Made by a program: the position numbers and the translations under genes. The notes beneath the pieces are model-generated. The model did no database searches. It saw only the letters and a list, made by a program, of their open reading frames with translations, and was not told the DNA's origin. Source: Squalus acanthias (taxonomy: Eukaryota). Taken from it: a DNA stretch of 64,000 nt. Below are positions 1 to 13,634 of the stretch, one piece after another. The stretch is taken from the NCBI GenBank assembly GCA_030390025.1, contig JASTWF010000328.1, forward strand, positions 62,001-126,000, written 5' to 3'. How positions within the stretch are numbered: position 1 is the stretch's first letter; each line of letters starts with the position of its first letter.

Positions 1-200
1 CGGAGTTTAATAACCCGCTCCCTGAGCTCTCTCACTGATGTGTCAGCGGCTGCTGCCAAGGTCCGCGCATGCTCAGCTCACACTGCCCGGGTGATTGACG
101 GGAGCTCCGGACCAATAGAAGAGTGGGGCGGGGCTGGAGGACCGAGCGGGCGGCGGGTCCTCCAACTAATGGCGGTGCAGCAAGGGGGCGGGGCCTGGTG
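1..200. promoter_or_regulatory. CpG-rich promoter module (CCAAT boxes, GC boxes, NRF1-like GCGCATGC)
   Basis: CGCGCATGC at ~64, CCAAT at ~112, GGGGCGGG at ~125 and ~185; same module as 54800-54990. Confidence 0.55.
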
Positions 201-440
201 AGCAGCTCAGGTGCGCTGGGGCCGATTGTGACGCGCTGTCCCCAGGTGAGAGCAGCTCAGTCAGCACAGAGCTGGGGCTGGAATCTGGGAGAGGGGCCAC
301 AGTCAGCGGGCCTGGCAAAGGGCCAGAGCGACAGCAGCTTCACTAAAGAAGATTATTTAAAGACAAATTCCTGTAGTTTTAGAGACAGCCCTGGTCACTG
401 CAATAATTTCTTAAATGTTTAATAATTAAATCAAAAGCAT

Positions 441-2685
441 CAAAAAGGAAGAGTAGCAAAAGTAAAGAAAGAAGAAAGACTTGCATTTATATAGCGCCAT
501 TCACGACCACCGGACGTCTCAAAGCTCTTTACAGCCAATGAAGTACTTTTTGAAGTGGAGTCATTGTTGTAATGTGGGAAACACAGCAGCCAATTTGCGC
601 TCAGCAAGCTCCCACAAACAGCAATGTGATAATGACCAGATAATCTGTTTTTGTTATGTTGGTTGAGGGATAAATATTGGCCAGGACACTGGGGAGAACT
701 CACCTACTCTTCTTCGAAATAGTGCCATGGGATCTTTTACATCCACCTGAGAGGGCAGACGGGGCCTCGGTTTAACGTCTCATCCGAAAGACGGCACCTC
801 TGACAGTGCAGCACTCCCTCAGCACTGCACTGGAGTGTCAACCTAGCTTTATGTGCTCAAGTCCCATGGAGCGGGACTTGAACCCACAACCCTTTGACTG
901 AGAGACGAGTGTGCTACCAACTGAGCCATAGCTGACGTTGGTCCCTTAGAGGTACAGACACGAGAAATTATTATGGGGAATAAGGAAATGGCAGAAACGT
1001 AGAAGACACAAAAGCATACCAAAGATGGTGGGGAACCGAGGGTCTAATGAGGGTGAGGAACTTAATGTAATTAATATAAGTACCAGAGTACTAGAGAAAC
1101 GAATGGTACTAAAAGCTGACAAATCCCCTGGACCTGACGGCCTACATCCTAGGGTTCTAAAAGAGGTGGCTGAAGAGATAGTGGATGCATTGGTTTTGAT
1201 CTTCCAAAATTCCCTAGATTTTGGAACGGTCCCAGCGAATTGGATGGTCGCAAATGTAACACCGCTATTCAAGAAAGGAGGGAGTGAAAAAACAGGGAAC
1301 GACAGGCCAGTTAGCCTGACATCAGTCATTGGGAAAATGCTGGAATCCATTGTTACGGAAGTGGTATCAGGGCACTTAGAAAATCATAACATGATTAGAC
1401 AGAGTCAACATGGTTTTATGAAAGGGAAATCATGTTTGAGTTTTTTGAGGATGTAACTAGCAGGGTAGATAAAGGGGAGTCAGTGGATGTAGTATATTTG
1501 GATTTCCAAAAGGCATTCGATAAGGTGCCACATAAAAGGTTATTACACAAGATTAGGGCTCACGGGGTTGGGGGTAATATAGTAGCTTGGATAGAGGATT
1601 GGTTAACGGACAGAAAACAGAGAGTAGGGATAAACTGATCTTTTTCAGGTTGGCAGGCTGTAACTAGTGGGGTGCCGCAAGGATCAGTGTTGGGGCCTCA
1701 GCTATTTACAATCTATATTAATGACCTAGATGAAGGGACCGAGTGTAATGTATCCAAGTTTGCTGATGATACAAAGCTAGGTGGGACAGTAAGCTGTGAG
1801 GAGAACACAAAGAGTCTGCAAAGGGATATAGATAGACTGAGTGAGTGGGCTGTAAGGTGGCAGATGGAGTATAATGTAGGGAAATGTGAGGTTATTCACT
1901 TTGGTAGGAAGAATAGAAAAACAGAATATTTTTTAAATGGTGAGACACTTTCAAATGTCGGTGTTCAGAGAGATTTGGGTGTCCTCGTGCAAGAAACACA
2001 GAAAGCTAGCATGCAGGTACAGCAAGCAATAAGGAAGGCAAATGGCATGTTGGCCTTTATGCAAGGGGGTTGGAGTATAAGAGTAAGGAAGTCTTGCTAC
2101 AATTGTACAGGGCCTTGGTGAGACCACACCTGGAGTACTGTGCACAGTTTTGGTCTCCTTATCTAAGGAAGGATATACTTGCCTTGGAGGCAGTGCAACG
2201 AAGGTTCACTAGATTGATTCCTGGGATGAGAGGGCTGTCCTATGATGAGAGATTGTGTAGAATGGGCCTATACTCTCTGGAGTTTAGAAGAATGAGAGGT
2301 GATCTCATTGAAACATACAAGATTCTGAAGGGGATTGACAGGGTAGATGCTGAGAGGTTGTTTCCCCTGGCTGGAGTGTCTAGAACTAGGGGCATAGTCT
2401 CAGGATAAGCGGTCGGCCATTTAAGACTGAGATGAGGAGGAATTTCTTCACTCAGAGGGTTGTGAATCTTTGGAATTCTCTGCCCCAGAGGGCTGTGAAT
2501 GCTGAGTCTTTGAGCATATTCAAGGCTGAGATCGATAGATTTTTGGACTCTGGGGGAATCAAGGGAAATGGAGATCGGACAGGAAAGTGGAGTTGAGGTC
2601 GATGATCAGCCATGATCTTACTGAATGGTGGAGCAGGCTCGAGGGGCCGTATGGCCCAGTCCTGCTCCTATTTCTTATGTTCTTA
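441..2685 (+). mobile_element. CR1 LINE, 5'-truncated, ORF2 broken; interrupted by a SINE
   Basis: ORF fragments KSPGPDG, LDFQKAFDKVPH, PQGSVLGP, KFADDTKL, RPHLEYC; 3' tail CCTGCTCCTATTTCTTATGTTCTTA. Confidence 0.93.
468..936 (-). mobile_element. tRNA-derived SINE (DeuSINE/SacSINE1-like)
   Basis: Minus-strand tRNA-like head (GGCTCAGTTGGTAGC ... GGTTCAAGTCCC), conserved body, L2-like tail AAATGCAAGTCTTTCTT; second copy at 11905-12375. Confidence 0.8.
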
Positions 2686-5395
<2,710 letters not shown>

Positions 5396-5922
5396 GTGCA
5401 AAGGCCGATGATGTTCAGGTCCTGATGAATCAAGCGACTCTGTCAGATCTTGACGTGTTGTTTGGTCTGAGCTTCCCGCCTGTAACTGCTCCACTTCTAT
5501 AACCCTGTAAAATGAGTTCAGAAAAGGATCAGAGGCAAACTGTGTTTAATTTTCCCCTTTCCGAACCTAGGGGCAGTGAAGCTGATTTTCAGGCTCCAGC
5601 TGCTGCACAGGTTGGTTGAAAGGATCAGCAGTAATGGCGGCTGTAATACCCACAAGCCCCGGCCATTCAGCCCCTCGAGCCTGTTCCGCCATTCAATGAG
5701 ATCATGGCTGATCTGTGATCTAACTCCATACACCTGCCTTTGGCCCATATCCCGTAATACCTTTGGGTAACAAAAACCTATCAATCTCAGATTTAAAATT
5801 AACAATTGATCTCGCATCAATTGCCGTTTGCGGAAGAGAGTTCCAAACTTCTACCACCCTTTGTGTGTAGAAGTGTTTCCTAATTTCACTCCTGAAAGGT
5901 CTGGCTCTAATTTTTAGACTAT

Positions 5923-8900
5923 AAGAACATAAGAACATAAGAAATAGGAGCAGGAGTAGACCAATCGGCCCCTCGAGCCTGCTCCGCCATTCAATAAGAT
6001 CATGGCTGATCTGATCCAACCTCAACTCTAAAGAACACAAGAAGCAGGAGAAGGACCAGGCCACTCGGCCCCTGGCCCCGCTCCGCCACCCACAGCGCCT
6101 TGACCGATCCGAACTCAAACTCATGTCCAATTTCCTGCCCGCTCCCCGTAACCCCTGATTCCCTTTACTTCTAGGAAACGGTCTATTTCTGTTTTAAATT
6201 TATTTAATGAAGTAGCTTCCACAGCTTCCTGGGGTAGCAAATTCCACAGACCCACTACCCTCTGAGTGAAAAAGTTTCTCCTCATCTCAGTTTTGAAGAG
6301 GAGCCCCTTATTCTAAGATTATGTCCCCTAGTTCTAGTTTCACCCATCATTGGGAACATCCTCACCGCGTCCACCCGATCAAGTCCCTTCACAATCTTAT
6401 ATGTTTCAATAAGATCGCCTCTCATTCTTCTGAACTCCAATGAGTAGAGTCCCAATCTACTCAACCTCTCCTCGTATGTCCACTCCCTCATCCCCGGAAT
6501 TAACCGAGTGAACCTTCTTTGTACTGCCTCGAGAGCAAGTATGTCTTTTCTTAAGTATGGACACCAAAACTGTATGCAGTACTCCAGGTGCGGTCTCACC
6601 AATACCCTATACAACTGCAGCAATACCTCCCTGTTTTTATATTCTATCCCCCTAGCAATAAAAGCCAACATTCCATTGGCTTTCTTGATCACCTGCTGCA
6701 CCTGCATACTAACTTTTTGATTTTCTTGCACCAAGACCCCCAGATCCCTTTGTACTGCAGTACTTTCCAGTTTATCGCCATTAAGATAATAACTTGCTCT
6801 CTGATTTTTCCTGCCAAAGTGCATAACCTCACATTTTCCAATATTGTATTGCATCTGCCAAATCTCTGCCCACTCACCCAGCCTGTCTATATCCCCTTGT
6901 AGGTTTTTTATGTCCTCCTCACTCTCTACTTTCCCTCCCATCTTTGTATCATCTGCAAACTTCGATATGTTACACTCGGTCCCCTCCTCCAAATCGTTAA
7001 TATAGATTGTAAAGAGTTGGGGACCCAGCACCGACCCCTGCGGAACACCACTTGCGACTGGTTGCCAGTCCGAGAATGAACCATTTATCCCAACTCTCTG
7101 CTTCCTGTTAGATAACCAATCCTCCACCCATGCCAGAATATTACCCCCAATCCAGTGATTTTTTATCTTAAGTAATAATCTTTTATGTGGCACCTTGTCG
7201 AATGCCTTCTGGAAGTCTAAATACACTACATCCACTGGTTCCCCTTTATCCACCCTGTACGTTATGTCCTCAAAGAACTCGAGCAAATTTGTCAGACGTG
7301 ACTTCCCCTTCATAAAGCCATGCTGACTTTGTCCTATTAAATTATGTTTATCTAAATGTTCCGTTACTGTCTCCTTAATAATAGACTCCAAAATTTTACC
7401 CACCACAGATGTTAGGCTAACTGGTCTATAATTCCCAGCCTTCTGCCTACAACCCTTTTTAAATAAGGGTGTTACATTAGCAGTTTTCCAATCTGCCAGG
7501 AGCTTTGCTGAGTTCAGGGAGTTTTGGAAAATTATTACCAAAGCATCCACAATTCCTACTGCCACTTCCCTCAAGACCCTAGGATGTAAGCCATCAGGTC
7601 CAGGGGATTTATCCGCCTTGAGTCCCATTATTTTACTGAGTACCAATTCCTTAGTGATTTTAATCGTATTTAGCTCCTCCCCCACTAGAGCCCCCTGTTT
7701 GTCCAGTGTTGGGATATTCTTAGTGTCCTCTACCGTAAAGACTGAAACAAAATATTTGTTCAGCATTTTTGCCATCTCCATGTTTCCCACCATTAATTTC
7801 CTGATCTCATCCTCTAAGGGACCTATGTTTGCCTTAACCACCCTTTTTCTTTTTATATAACTATAGAAACTCTTGCTATCTGTTTTTATATATTTTGCTA
7901 ATTTATTTTCATAGTCTATTTTCCCTTTCTTAATCAATCCTTTAGTTACTTTTTGTTGTCTTTTGAAGACTTCCCAATCTTCTATCCTCCCACTAACTTT
8001 GGCTACCTTATATGTCCTTGTTTTTAGTTGGATACTTTCTTTAATTTCTTTACTTAGCCATGGATGGCTGTCATTTCTTTTACACCCTTTTTTCCTCAGT
8101 GGAATATATTTATTTTGAAAGTTGTAAAATAACTCCTTGAATGAACACCACTGCTCATGCACCGTCTTACCCTTTAATCTATTTTCCCAGTCCACTTTAA
8201 TCAATTCTGCTCTCATGCCATCATAGTCTCCTTTATTCAAGCTCAGTATGCTTGTTTGAGAACCAACCTTCTCACCCTCTAATTGGATATGGAATTCAAC
8301 CATGTTATGGTCACTCATTCGAAGGGGATCCTTAACTAGGACATTATTAATTAATCCAGACTCATTACACAGTACCAGGTCCAAGGTTGCTTGCCCCCTT
8401 GTAGGATCAGTTAGATACTGCTCAAGAAATCCATCCCTAAGACACTCAATAAACTCTTCCTCAAGGCTGCCCTGCCCAATTTGATTTGTCCAGTTAATAT
8501 GATAGTTAAAATCCCCCATAATTATAGCTGTTCCCTTATTACATGCCCCAACTATTTCCTGATTAATACTTCTTCCAACAGAGTTGCAACTATTAGGAGG
8601 CCTATATACTACGCCCACCAGTGTTTTTTTCCCCTTATTATTCCTAATCTCTACCCAAACTGTTTCATTATCCTGATCTTTTGACCCAATATCATTTCTC
8701 TGTATTACAGTGATTCCTTCCTTTATTAACATAGCCACCCCTCCTCCCCTTCCTTCCTGCCTGTCCTTCCTGATTGTTAAATACCCTGGCATATTTAATT
8801 CCCAGACGTTTTCACCCTGCAGCCATGTTTCTGTAATGGCCACAAGATCATACCCATACATAGTTATTTGTGCCGTTAACTCTTCAATTTTGTTACGAAT

Positions 8901-9434
8901 GCTACGTGCATTCAGATAAAGAACTTTCAAATGTGTTTTGCGACACTTACTTCCTGCTTTTTCCTTATTTAACACTTTACCTTTTACTCCATACCTTCTG
9001 TCCTTTCCTGACATGCTTTCCTCTGTCTCCCTGCTCAGGTTCCCAACCCCCTGCCACATTAGTTTAAATCCTCCCCAACAGCACTAGCAAACACTCCCCC
9101 TAGGACAGCGGTCCCGGCCCTGCCTAGGTGCAGACCGTCCGGTTTGTACTGGTCCCACCTCCCCCAGAACCGGTTCCAATGTCCCAGGAATTTGAATCCC
9201 TCCCCCTTGCACCATTCCTCTAGCCACGTATTCATTTGAAGTATCCTCCTATTTCTACTCTGACTAGCACGTGGCACTGGTAGCAATCCTGAGATTACTA
9301 CCTTTGAGGTCCTCTTTTTTAATTTAACTCCTAACTCCCTGTATTCTGCTTTTAGGACCTCATCCCCTTTTTTACCTATATCGTTGGTGCCTATGTGCAC
9401 CACGACAGCTGGCTGTTCGCCCTCCCCCTCCAAT
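5923..9434 (-). mobile_element. Young CR1 LINE with 3' part of ORF1 (SGNH esterase-like) and near-intact ORF2
   Basis: ORF1 motifs VVVHIGTNDIG and DGLHL; 925-aa ORF2; repeated TTCTTATG tail. Confidence 0.95.
6282..9059 (-). CDS. CR1 ORF2 (APE endonuclease plus reverse transcriptase), frameshifted close to the C-terminus
   Basis: YLNARS, ITETWL, GDFN, SDH endonuclease motifs; PQGSVLGP and FADD RT motifs; ends RGSSSKLR instead of the FKTEMRR continuation seen in the 14358-14762 ORF. Confidence 0.9.
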   Translation of the reverse strand: MWQGVGNLSRETEESMSGKDRRYGVKGKVLNKEKAGSKCRKTHLKVLYLNARSIRNKIEELTAQITMYGYDLVAITETWLQGENVWELNMPGYLTIRKDRQEGRGGGVAMLIKEGITVIQRNDIGSKDQDNETVWVEIRNNKGKKTLVGVVYRPPNSCNSVGRSINQEIVGACNKGTAIIMGDFNYHINWTNQIGQGSLEEEFIECLRDGFLEQYLTDPTRGQATLDLVLCNESGLINNVLVKDPLRMSDHNMVEFHIQLEGEKVGSQTSILSLNKGDYDGMRAELIKVDWENRLKGKTVHEQWCSFKELFYNFQNKYIPLRKKGCKRNDSHPWLSKEIKESIQLKTRTYKVAKVSGRIEDWEVFKRQQKVTKGLIKKGKIDYENKLAKYIKTDSKSFYSYIKRKRVVKANIGPLEDEIRKLMVGNMEMAKMLNKYFVSVFTVEDTKNIPTLDKQGALVGEELNTIKITKELVLSKIMGLKADKSPGPDGLHPRVLREVAVGIVDALVIIFQNSLNSAKLLADWKTANVTPLFKKGCRQKAGNYRPVSLTSVVGKILESIIKETVTEHLDKHNLIGQSQHGFMKGKSRLTNLLEFFEDITYRVDKGEPVDVVYLDFQKAFDKVPHKRLLLKIKNHWIGGNILAWVEDWLSNRKQRVGINGSFSDWQPVASGVPQGSVLGPQLFTIYINDLEEGTECNISKFADDTKMGGKVESEEDIKNLQGDIDRLGEWAEIWQMQYNIGKCEVMHFGRKNQRASYYLNGDKLESTAVQRDLGVLVQENQKVSMQVQQVIKKANGMLAFIARGIEYKNREVLLQLYRVLVRPHLEYCIQFWCPYLRKDILALEAVQRRFTRLIPGMREWTYEERLSRLGLYSLEFRRMRGDLIETYKIVKGLDRVDAVRMFPMMGETRTRGHNLRIRGSSSKLR

Positions 9435-9739
9435 ATGCCCCGAGTCCTAGAATCCCCAACCAGCGGAAATAGTTTCTCTCTATCTACCCTATCTGTTCCC
9501 CTTAATATCCTGAAAACTTCGATCAGATCAACCCTTAACCTTCTAAATTCCAGGGAACACAACCCTAATTTGTGTAATCTCTCCCCGTAACTTAACCCTT
9601 GAAGTCCGGGTATCATTCTGGTAAACCTGCGCTGCACTCCCTCCAAGGCCAATATATCCTTCCTAAGGTGTGGTGCCCAGAACTGCTCACAGTACTCCAG
9701 GTGTGGTCTAAGCAGGGTTTTGTACAGCTGCAGGGTTTT

Positions 9740-10293
9740 GGCCTCAGCTGGAGTCTTGTGTACAGTTCTGGGCACCACACTTTAGGAAGGATGTCAAGGC
9801 CTTGGAGAGGGTGCAGAGGAGGTTGACCAGGATGGTACCAGGGATGAGGGACTTCAGTTATGTGGAGAGATTGGAGAAGCTGGGATTGTTCCCCTTAGAG
9901 CAGAGAAGGTTAAGAGGAGACCTAATAGAGGTGTTCAAAATGATGAGGGGTTTTGATCGAGCAAGTAGGGAGAAACTGTTCACTCTGGCAAGTGGGTCGG
10001 TAACCAAAGGTCACAGATTTAAAATAGTTGCTAAAAGAACTAGAGGTGAACTGAGGAGAATTGTTTTCACACAGAGGGTTGTTAAGATCTGGAACGCACC
10101 ATCTGAAAGGATGCTGGAATCAGGTTCCACAGGAACTTTCAAAAGGTGATTGGACGTGTACTTGAAGAGGACTAGTTTGCAGAGTTCTGGGGATAAAGCT
10201 GGGGTTTGTGACTAAATTGGACAGTTCTTTCAAAGAGCCAGCACAGACACGATGGGCCGAATCACCTCCTTCTGTGCTGTTAGATTCGATGAT
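9740..10293 (+). mobile_element. CR1 3' fragment, duplicate of 3891-4445
   Basis: Near-identical to 3891-4445. Confidence 0.88.
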
Positions 10294-10347
10294 CAGTGTG
10301 AAGACGCTGGTGTCCCATAAACTTTTAAAGCTCTTCGCACAGTCAGA

Positions 10348-11235
10348 TCATTTAAAGGGGTTCTCCCCAGTGTGAACTCGCTGATGTGCCAGCAGGTTGG
10401 AGGACCGAGCGAATCCCTTCCCACACTCGGAGCAGGTGAATGGCCTCTTGCCAGTGTGTAGGTGTTGGTGTCTCTTGAGCTCCCCGGAGCTTTTAAAGCT
10501 CTTCCCACAATCAGAACATTTAAAGGGTCTCTCGTCAGTGTGAACTTTCTGATGTGTCTGCAGGGTGGAATACTGAGTGAATCCCTTCCCACATTCGGAG
10601 CAGATGAATATCCTCTCCCCAGTGTGGAGGCGCTGGTGTCTCTGCACGTTGGATGAATGAGTGAATCCCTTCCCACACTCGGAGCAGGTGAACGGCCTCT
10701 CCGCAGTGTGTAGGTGTTGGTGTCCCTTCAGATCCCCGGAACTTTTAAAGCTCTTCCCACAGTCAGAACATGTAAACGGCCTCTCCGCAGTGTGAACAAG
10801 CTGGTGTTGCTTCAGATCCCCGGAGCTTTTAAAGGTCTTCCCACAGTCAGAACATGTAAACGGTCGCTCATCGGTGTGAACTCGCTGGTGTCGCTTCAGC
10901 TCCCCGGGGCTTTTAAAGCTCTTCCCACAGTCAGAACACTGAAATGGTCTCTCGTCAGTGTGAACTCGCTGGTGTGTTTCCAGGTGGGATGAACAAACAA
11001 ATCCCTTTCCACACACGGAGCAGGTGAACGGACTGTCCCTGGTGTGACTGTGCCGTTGAACTTCTATTGCAGACGGGGAACTGAATCCCTTCCCACCGTC
11101 CCCACCTTTACCCGGTTTCTCCCCGGTGTGACGGTGCATGTGTCTCACCAGGTCAGGCGATCGGCTGAATCCGCGTCCACACACCGAACACGTGTGCGGT
11201 TTGTCATTGCTGCGATCGCTGCTTTCTCCTTCCAT
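10348..11235 (-). CDS. C2H2 zinc-finger protein ZNF-2 (9 intact fingers plus 1 degenerate); possibly a pseudogene
   Basis: Open frame from ATG (MEGESS) at 11235; last finger cut by TGT>TGA; upstream acceptor mutated to TTTTACAC. Confidence 0.7.
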   Translation of the reverse strand: MEGESSDRSNDKPHTCSVCGRGFSRSPDLVRHMHRHTGEKPGKGGDGGKGFSSPSAIEVQRHSHTRDSPFTCSVCGKGFVCSSHLETHQRVHTDERPFQCSDCGKSFKSPGELKRHQRVHTDERPFTCSDCGKTFKSSGDLKQHQLVHTAERPFTCSDCGKSFKSSGDLKGHQHLHTAERPFTCSECGKGFTHSSNVQRHQRLHTGERIFICSECGKGFTQYSTLQTHQKVHTDERPFKCSDCGKSFKSSGELKRHQHLHTGKRPFTCSECGKGFARSSNLLAHQRVHTGENPFK

Positions 11236-11499
11236 GTGCAAAGGCCGATGATATTCAGGTCCGGATGAATCGAGCGACTCTGTCAGATCTTGACGTGATG
11301 TTTGGTCTGAGCTTCCCGCCTGTAACTGCTCCACTTCTATAATCGTGTAAAATGAGTTCAGAGAAGGATCAGAGGCAAAATGTTGTTTAATTTTCCCCTT
11401 TCCGAACCTAGGGGCAGTGAAGCTGATTTTCAGGCTCCAGCTGCTGCACAGGTTGGTTGAAAGGAGCAGCAGTAATGGCGGCTGTAATACCCACAAGCC

Positions 11500-11760
11500 C
11501 CGGCGCTCCAGAAAGCGCTCTGTTGACTCTGAGTCCCGCCCATGTGCTCATGGCCCCCGCGCGCTCCCTCCTGCACCACAATCGCCTGTCCTGATCGGTC
11601 CACAACGCGCATGCTCAGTGCACAAAACCCCGCGGTTGGGACATCGGGCGCGCATGTGGAGCCGCAACATCTGGTACGTGTGCGCGGCTCAGGTGGGGGC
11701 GAGTCGGTGTTTCGCCTCAGCCGCCAGGGAGGTGCGCATGCGCAGGACGACCCAATATTC
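11500..11760. promoter_or_regulatory. CpG-rich segment with NRF1-like motifs upstream of ZNF-2
   Basis: CGCGCATGC (~11606), GCGCGCATGTG (~11648), TGCGCATGCGCA (~11733). Confidence 0.5.
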
Positions 11761-11790
11761 TTCCTGTCAGCAATCACTCCCTCGTTTCTT

Positions 11791-11892
11791 TAATAAAAAC
11801 AGAAAATGCTGGAAATACTCAGCAGGTCAGGCAGCATCTGTGCAGAGAGAAACAGAGTTAACGTTTCAGGTCGATGACCTTTCGTCAGAACT
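11791..11892 (-). mobile_element. Penelope-like terminal-repeat fragment (family B) with minimal hammerhead at 11856-11892
   Basis: Minus strand agtt-CTGACGA-a-aggtc atc gacct-GAAA-cgtt-aact; same family as 58302-58679, which retains PLE coding sequence. Confidence 0.8.
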
Positions 11893-11904
11893 GCTTGTCC
11901 TTTA

Positions 11905-12375
11905 GTGTCAGCCAGTGGCTCAGTTGGTAGCACTCTCGCCTCTGAGTCAGAAAGTTGTGGGTTCAAGTCCCACTCCAGAGACTTGAGCACAGGAATCCAG
12001 GCTGATGCTCCAGTGCAGTGCTGAGGGAGTGCGGCACTGTCGGAGGTGCCGTCTTTTGGAGGAGACGTTAAACCGAGGCCCCGTCTGCTCTCTCAGGAGG
12101 ACGTCAACGATCCTATGGTACTATTTTGAATAAGAGCAGGGGAGTTATCCCTGGTGCCCTAGCCAATGTTTATCCCTCAATCACAATAACAAAAAAGATA
12201 GATTATCTGGTCATTATCAGATTGCTGTTTGTGGGAGCTTGCTGTGCACTAATTGGCTGCTGCGTTTCCTACATTACAACAGTGACTACACTTCAAAAAG
12301 TACTTCATTGGCTGTAAAGCGCTTTGGGACGTCGGGTGGTGGTGAAAGGCGCTATAGAAATGCAAGTCTTTCTTC
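11905..12375 (+). mobile_element. tRNA-derived SINE (DeuSINE/SacSINE1-like)
   Basis: A-box TGGCTCAGTTGG, B-box GGTTCAAGTCC; homologous to 468-936. Confidence 0.8.
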
Positions 12376-12409
12376 ACTGGTCTCACCAGCGACCTCTTCT
12401 GGCTGTTGG

Positions 12410-13088
12410 TTCAGAGTCCGCGCATGCGCACACGGAACGGCGGTTTGGGGGGAGTCCGGCACAGCGACACCTCCCGGTCGCCAAGGGTAATAACCGCGCA
12501 TGCCCAGAGGACACCAACCCGCCTCCCCCACTCGGAGCTGCGCGGGGCATTCCGGGGAAAGGTGTCGGTTACAGAGTCGCGATCGGTGACGCAAAGTGAG
12601 TTTTCTCCGCTCCGATTGGGTGGAGAATCGCGCGGGGTTGGGGGGAGGGGTGGATCGGGAGAGAATAAAGAGAAATAGAAAAACCTGAGAGTCCGCGAGG
12701 CCCCGGACCGAGCGGCGTCAGTTGGACGGAGCACGTGATTTCCGCGGGGCCACGTGACCCGGGCCCACGGCCTGATTGACGGGAGCTTCCGACCAATAGG
12801 GAGCGAGCGAGGCGGGACTGGAGGAGCGAACCGGCGGCGGGTCCTCCAACCAATCGGGGAGCCCGAGGGGCGGGACTAGCGCCGGCTGATTGTCTGATCC
12901 GCGGGGCAGCGAGTTTCTCCAGTCCCTTGTTCAGGGCCCGGGGAGGCTGTGGGCCTTTATTCCCCTTATTGGACACAAGGCTCTTTGTCTCACAACACAC
13001 TGGCTCAGGTTTTAATAGAGACTTTTAAAATTCATGAATAAAAGCAGATAAACCCCGTGCTTCTGTAGAACAAACTTTCTAATATTTT
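12410..13088. promoter_or_regulatory. CpG-island promoter (NRF1-like, E-box CACGTG, CCAAT, GC boxes)
   Basis: CGCATGCGCA, two CACGTG, two CCAAT, GGGGCGGG; 12770-13088 recurs inverted at ~61045-61375. Confidence 0.55.
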
Positions 13089-13634
13089 ATAGAATCATAG
13101 AATGGTTCCAGCACAGAAGGAGGCCATTCAGCCCGTCGAGCCCGTGCCGGCTCTCTGCAAGATCACTTCAGCTAGTCCCACTCCCCCGCCCTTTCCCCAC
13201 AGCCCTGCAAATTTCTTTACTTCAGATACTTATCCAATTCCCTTTTGAAAGCTGTGATTGAATCTGCCTCCACCACCCTTTCAGGCAGTGCATTCCAGAT
13301 CCTAACCACTCGCTGCGTAAAAAAGGTTTTCCTCATGTCGCCTTTGGTTCTTCTGCCAATCACCTTAAATCTGTGTCCTCTGGTTCTCAACCCTTCCGCC
13401 AATGGGAACAGTTTCTCTCTATCTACTCTGTCCCGACCCCTCGTGATTTTGAACACCTCTATCAAATCTCCTCTCAACCTTCTCTGCTCTAAGGAGAACA
13501 ACCCCAGCTTCTCCAGTCTATCCACGTAACTGAAGTCCCTCATCCCTGGAACCATTCTTGTAAATCTTTTCTGCACCCTCTCTAAGCCCTTCACATCCTT
13601 CATAAAGTGCGGTGCCCAGAATTGGACACAATAC

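Larger units (their letters stand above)
5660..9739 (-). mobile_element. Duplicate of the CR1 fragment at 3303-3890 (5660-5922 plus 9435-9739), split by a younger CR1
   Basis: TTTTAGACTA|TGCCCC is contiguous at ~3573-3590 but separated by 3.5 kb here. Confidence 0.85.

Noticed and set aside
9059..9778. 239-aa ORF joining an RT C-terminus to an esterase-like domain
   Set aside because: Chance in-frame fusion across the 9434/9435 junction of two nested CR1s; non-ATG start.
11905..11980. tRNA gene (also ~865-936, minus strand)
   Set aside because: It is the tRNA-derived head of a SINE, continuous with SINE body and tail.
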